Source: Rhodocyclaceae bacterium | Lineage (GTDB): Bacteria > Pseudomonadota > Gammaproteobacteria > Burkholderiales > Usitatibacteraceae | Direction: 5' to 3' | Assembly: GCA_020247545.1 (NCBI GenBank) | Contig: JADCIX010000019.1 | Span: forward strand, 50,017 to 82,016 | DNA: 32,000 bases | Shown: one piece after another, positions 31,548 to 32,000 of the stretch | Layout of the letters: each line of letters begins with the position of its first letter | How positions within the stretch are numbered: the stretch's first letter is position 1 | The notes under the pieces: model-generated | Database searches by the model: none | Told to the model about the DNA's origin: nothing | What the model saw: the letters and a program-made list of their open reading frames with translations, nothing else | Made by a program: the position numbers and the translations under genes

Positions 31548-32000
31548 TCAACGTGATTCTGATTGCTTCGCCGCCGTTTCCTTTGCAGCGCGTTCCGCGT
31601 ACGGAACGTACTGAACATTATGGCGCTTGGCATGTTCTGCCAAAGGCCCATAACCAACCTCGGCGCGACGTTTATCGACGTTTGCTTCGTCTTCAATTTG
31701 CCAGAAGGTGGCGATGCCTTTTTCATCAGTGTTGGTTTGGGTGCCGTAGCGCTGAGGCATGCCGGTGTACATACGCAGCCTGTCGTCGAATCTCGCAAAC
31801 TCCCACTTTGGTAGATCACCACGCTCCGCCGCCTTTGCAATCATGGACTCGTAGCGCCTCATGTAATCAAGGCGCCCGTGTTGAACCACGAGAAAAGCGC
31901 CGCGAACCGCGTTCTCGCCAACGTCTTTTGCGACGGGCCAGCCGTGTTGCGCCACAAGCTCATCTAAACGAGCCTGATTGGCCTTATCGACAACTTGCAT
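31548..32000 (-). CDS. DUF6624-like protein (paralog 2), C-terminal part (5' end outside the window)
   Basis: By my manual count it has 11 substitutions over about 145 residues alignable with 28616..29284. The DNA is colinear with 28630-29059 at an offset of 2941 nt. Confidence 0.7.
   Translation of the reverse strand: MQVVDKANQARLDELVAQHGWPVAKDVGENAVRGAFLVVQHGRLDYMRRYESMIAKAAERGDLPKWEFARFDDRLRMYTGMPQRYGTQTNTDEKGIATFWQIEDEANVDKRRAEVGYGPLAEHAKRHNVQYVPYAERAAKETAAKQSESR

Noticed and set aside
1-32000. CRISPR arrays, integrases/transposases, prophage genes, rRNA
   Set aside because: I found no regularly spaced repeats and no recognisable recombinase or phage structural motif in any listed ORF. 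The accessory character of 26.2-32 kb rests only on gene content, repeats and composition.

Overview
Moderately GC-rich proteobacterial chromosome segment. The gene content resembles Xanthomonadales-type Gammaproteobacteria, but the taxon is a guess. I support about 36 protein genes. I see no rRNA, tRNA, CRISPR array, transposase or integrase.

Left two thirds: mixed envelope and metabolic genes.
- Two-domain PPK2, a GNAT, and a membrane-anchored LytTR regulator divergent from an acyltransferase-3.
- A DUF885 protein, DUF3820, esterases and SGNH hydrolases, a SAM methyltransferase, TraB/GumN, a thioesterase, MAPEG, and a class-C-like serine hydrolase.
- A three-gene operon encoding a secreted beta-sandwich protein, a LytS-type kinase and a LytTR response regulator.
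- A complete phosphite-oxidation locus ptxABCD with a divergent LysR gene.

Right 6 kb (26.2 kb to the end): looks accessory.
- AbrB-type antitoxin/Doc and HipB/HipA toxin-antitoxin modules sit back to back.
- Two closely related DUF6624-like lipoprotein paralogs bracket a visibly more AT-rich cassette. It encodes a secreted NTF2-like protein and two small membrane proteins.

Non-genic signals:
- A 40-nt hairpin element in three long copies (3155, 26932, 29401) with compensatory stem changes.
- A REP-like double hairpin.
- Paired palindromes in front of hipB.
- A 69-bp in-frame tandem duplication inside the kinase gene.
- A Lys-rich 38-codon micro-ORF absent from the ORF track.
- Two decayed genes: DUF4124 with two in-frame TAA codons, and an N-terminally truncated alpha/beta hydrolase.

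I cannot point to one unambiguous novel multi-gene system. The best follow-up candidates are listed in the findings. All family calls come from motif recognition by eye, not from searches.
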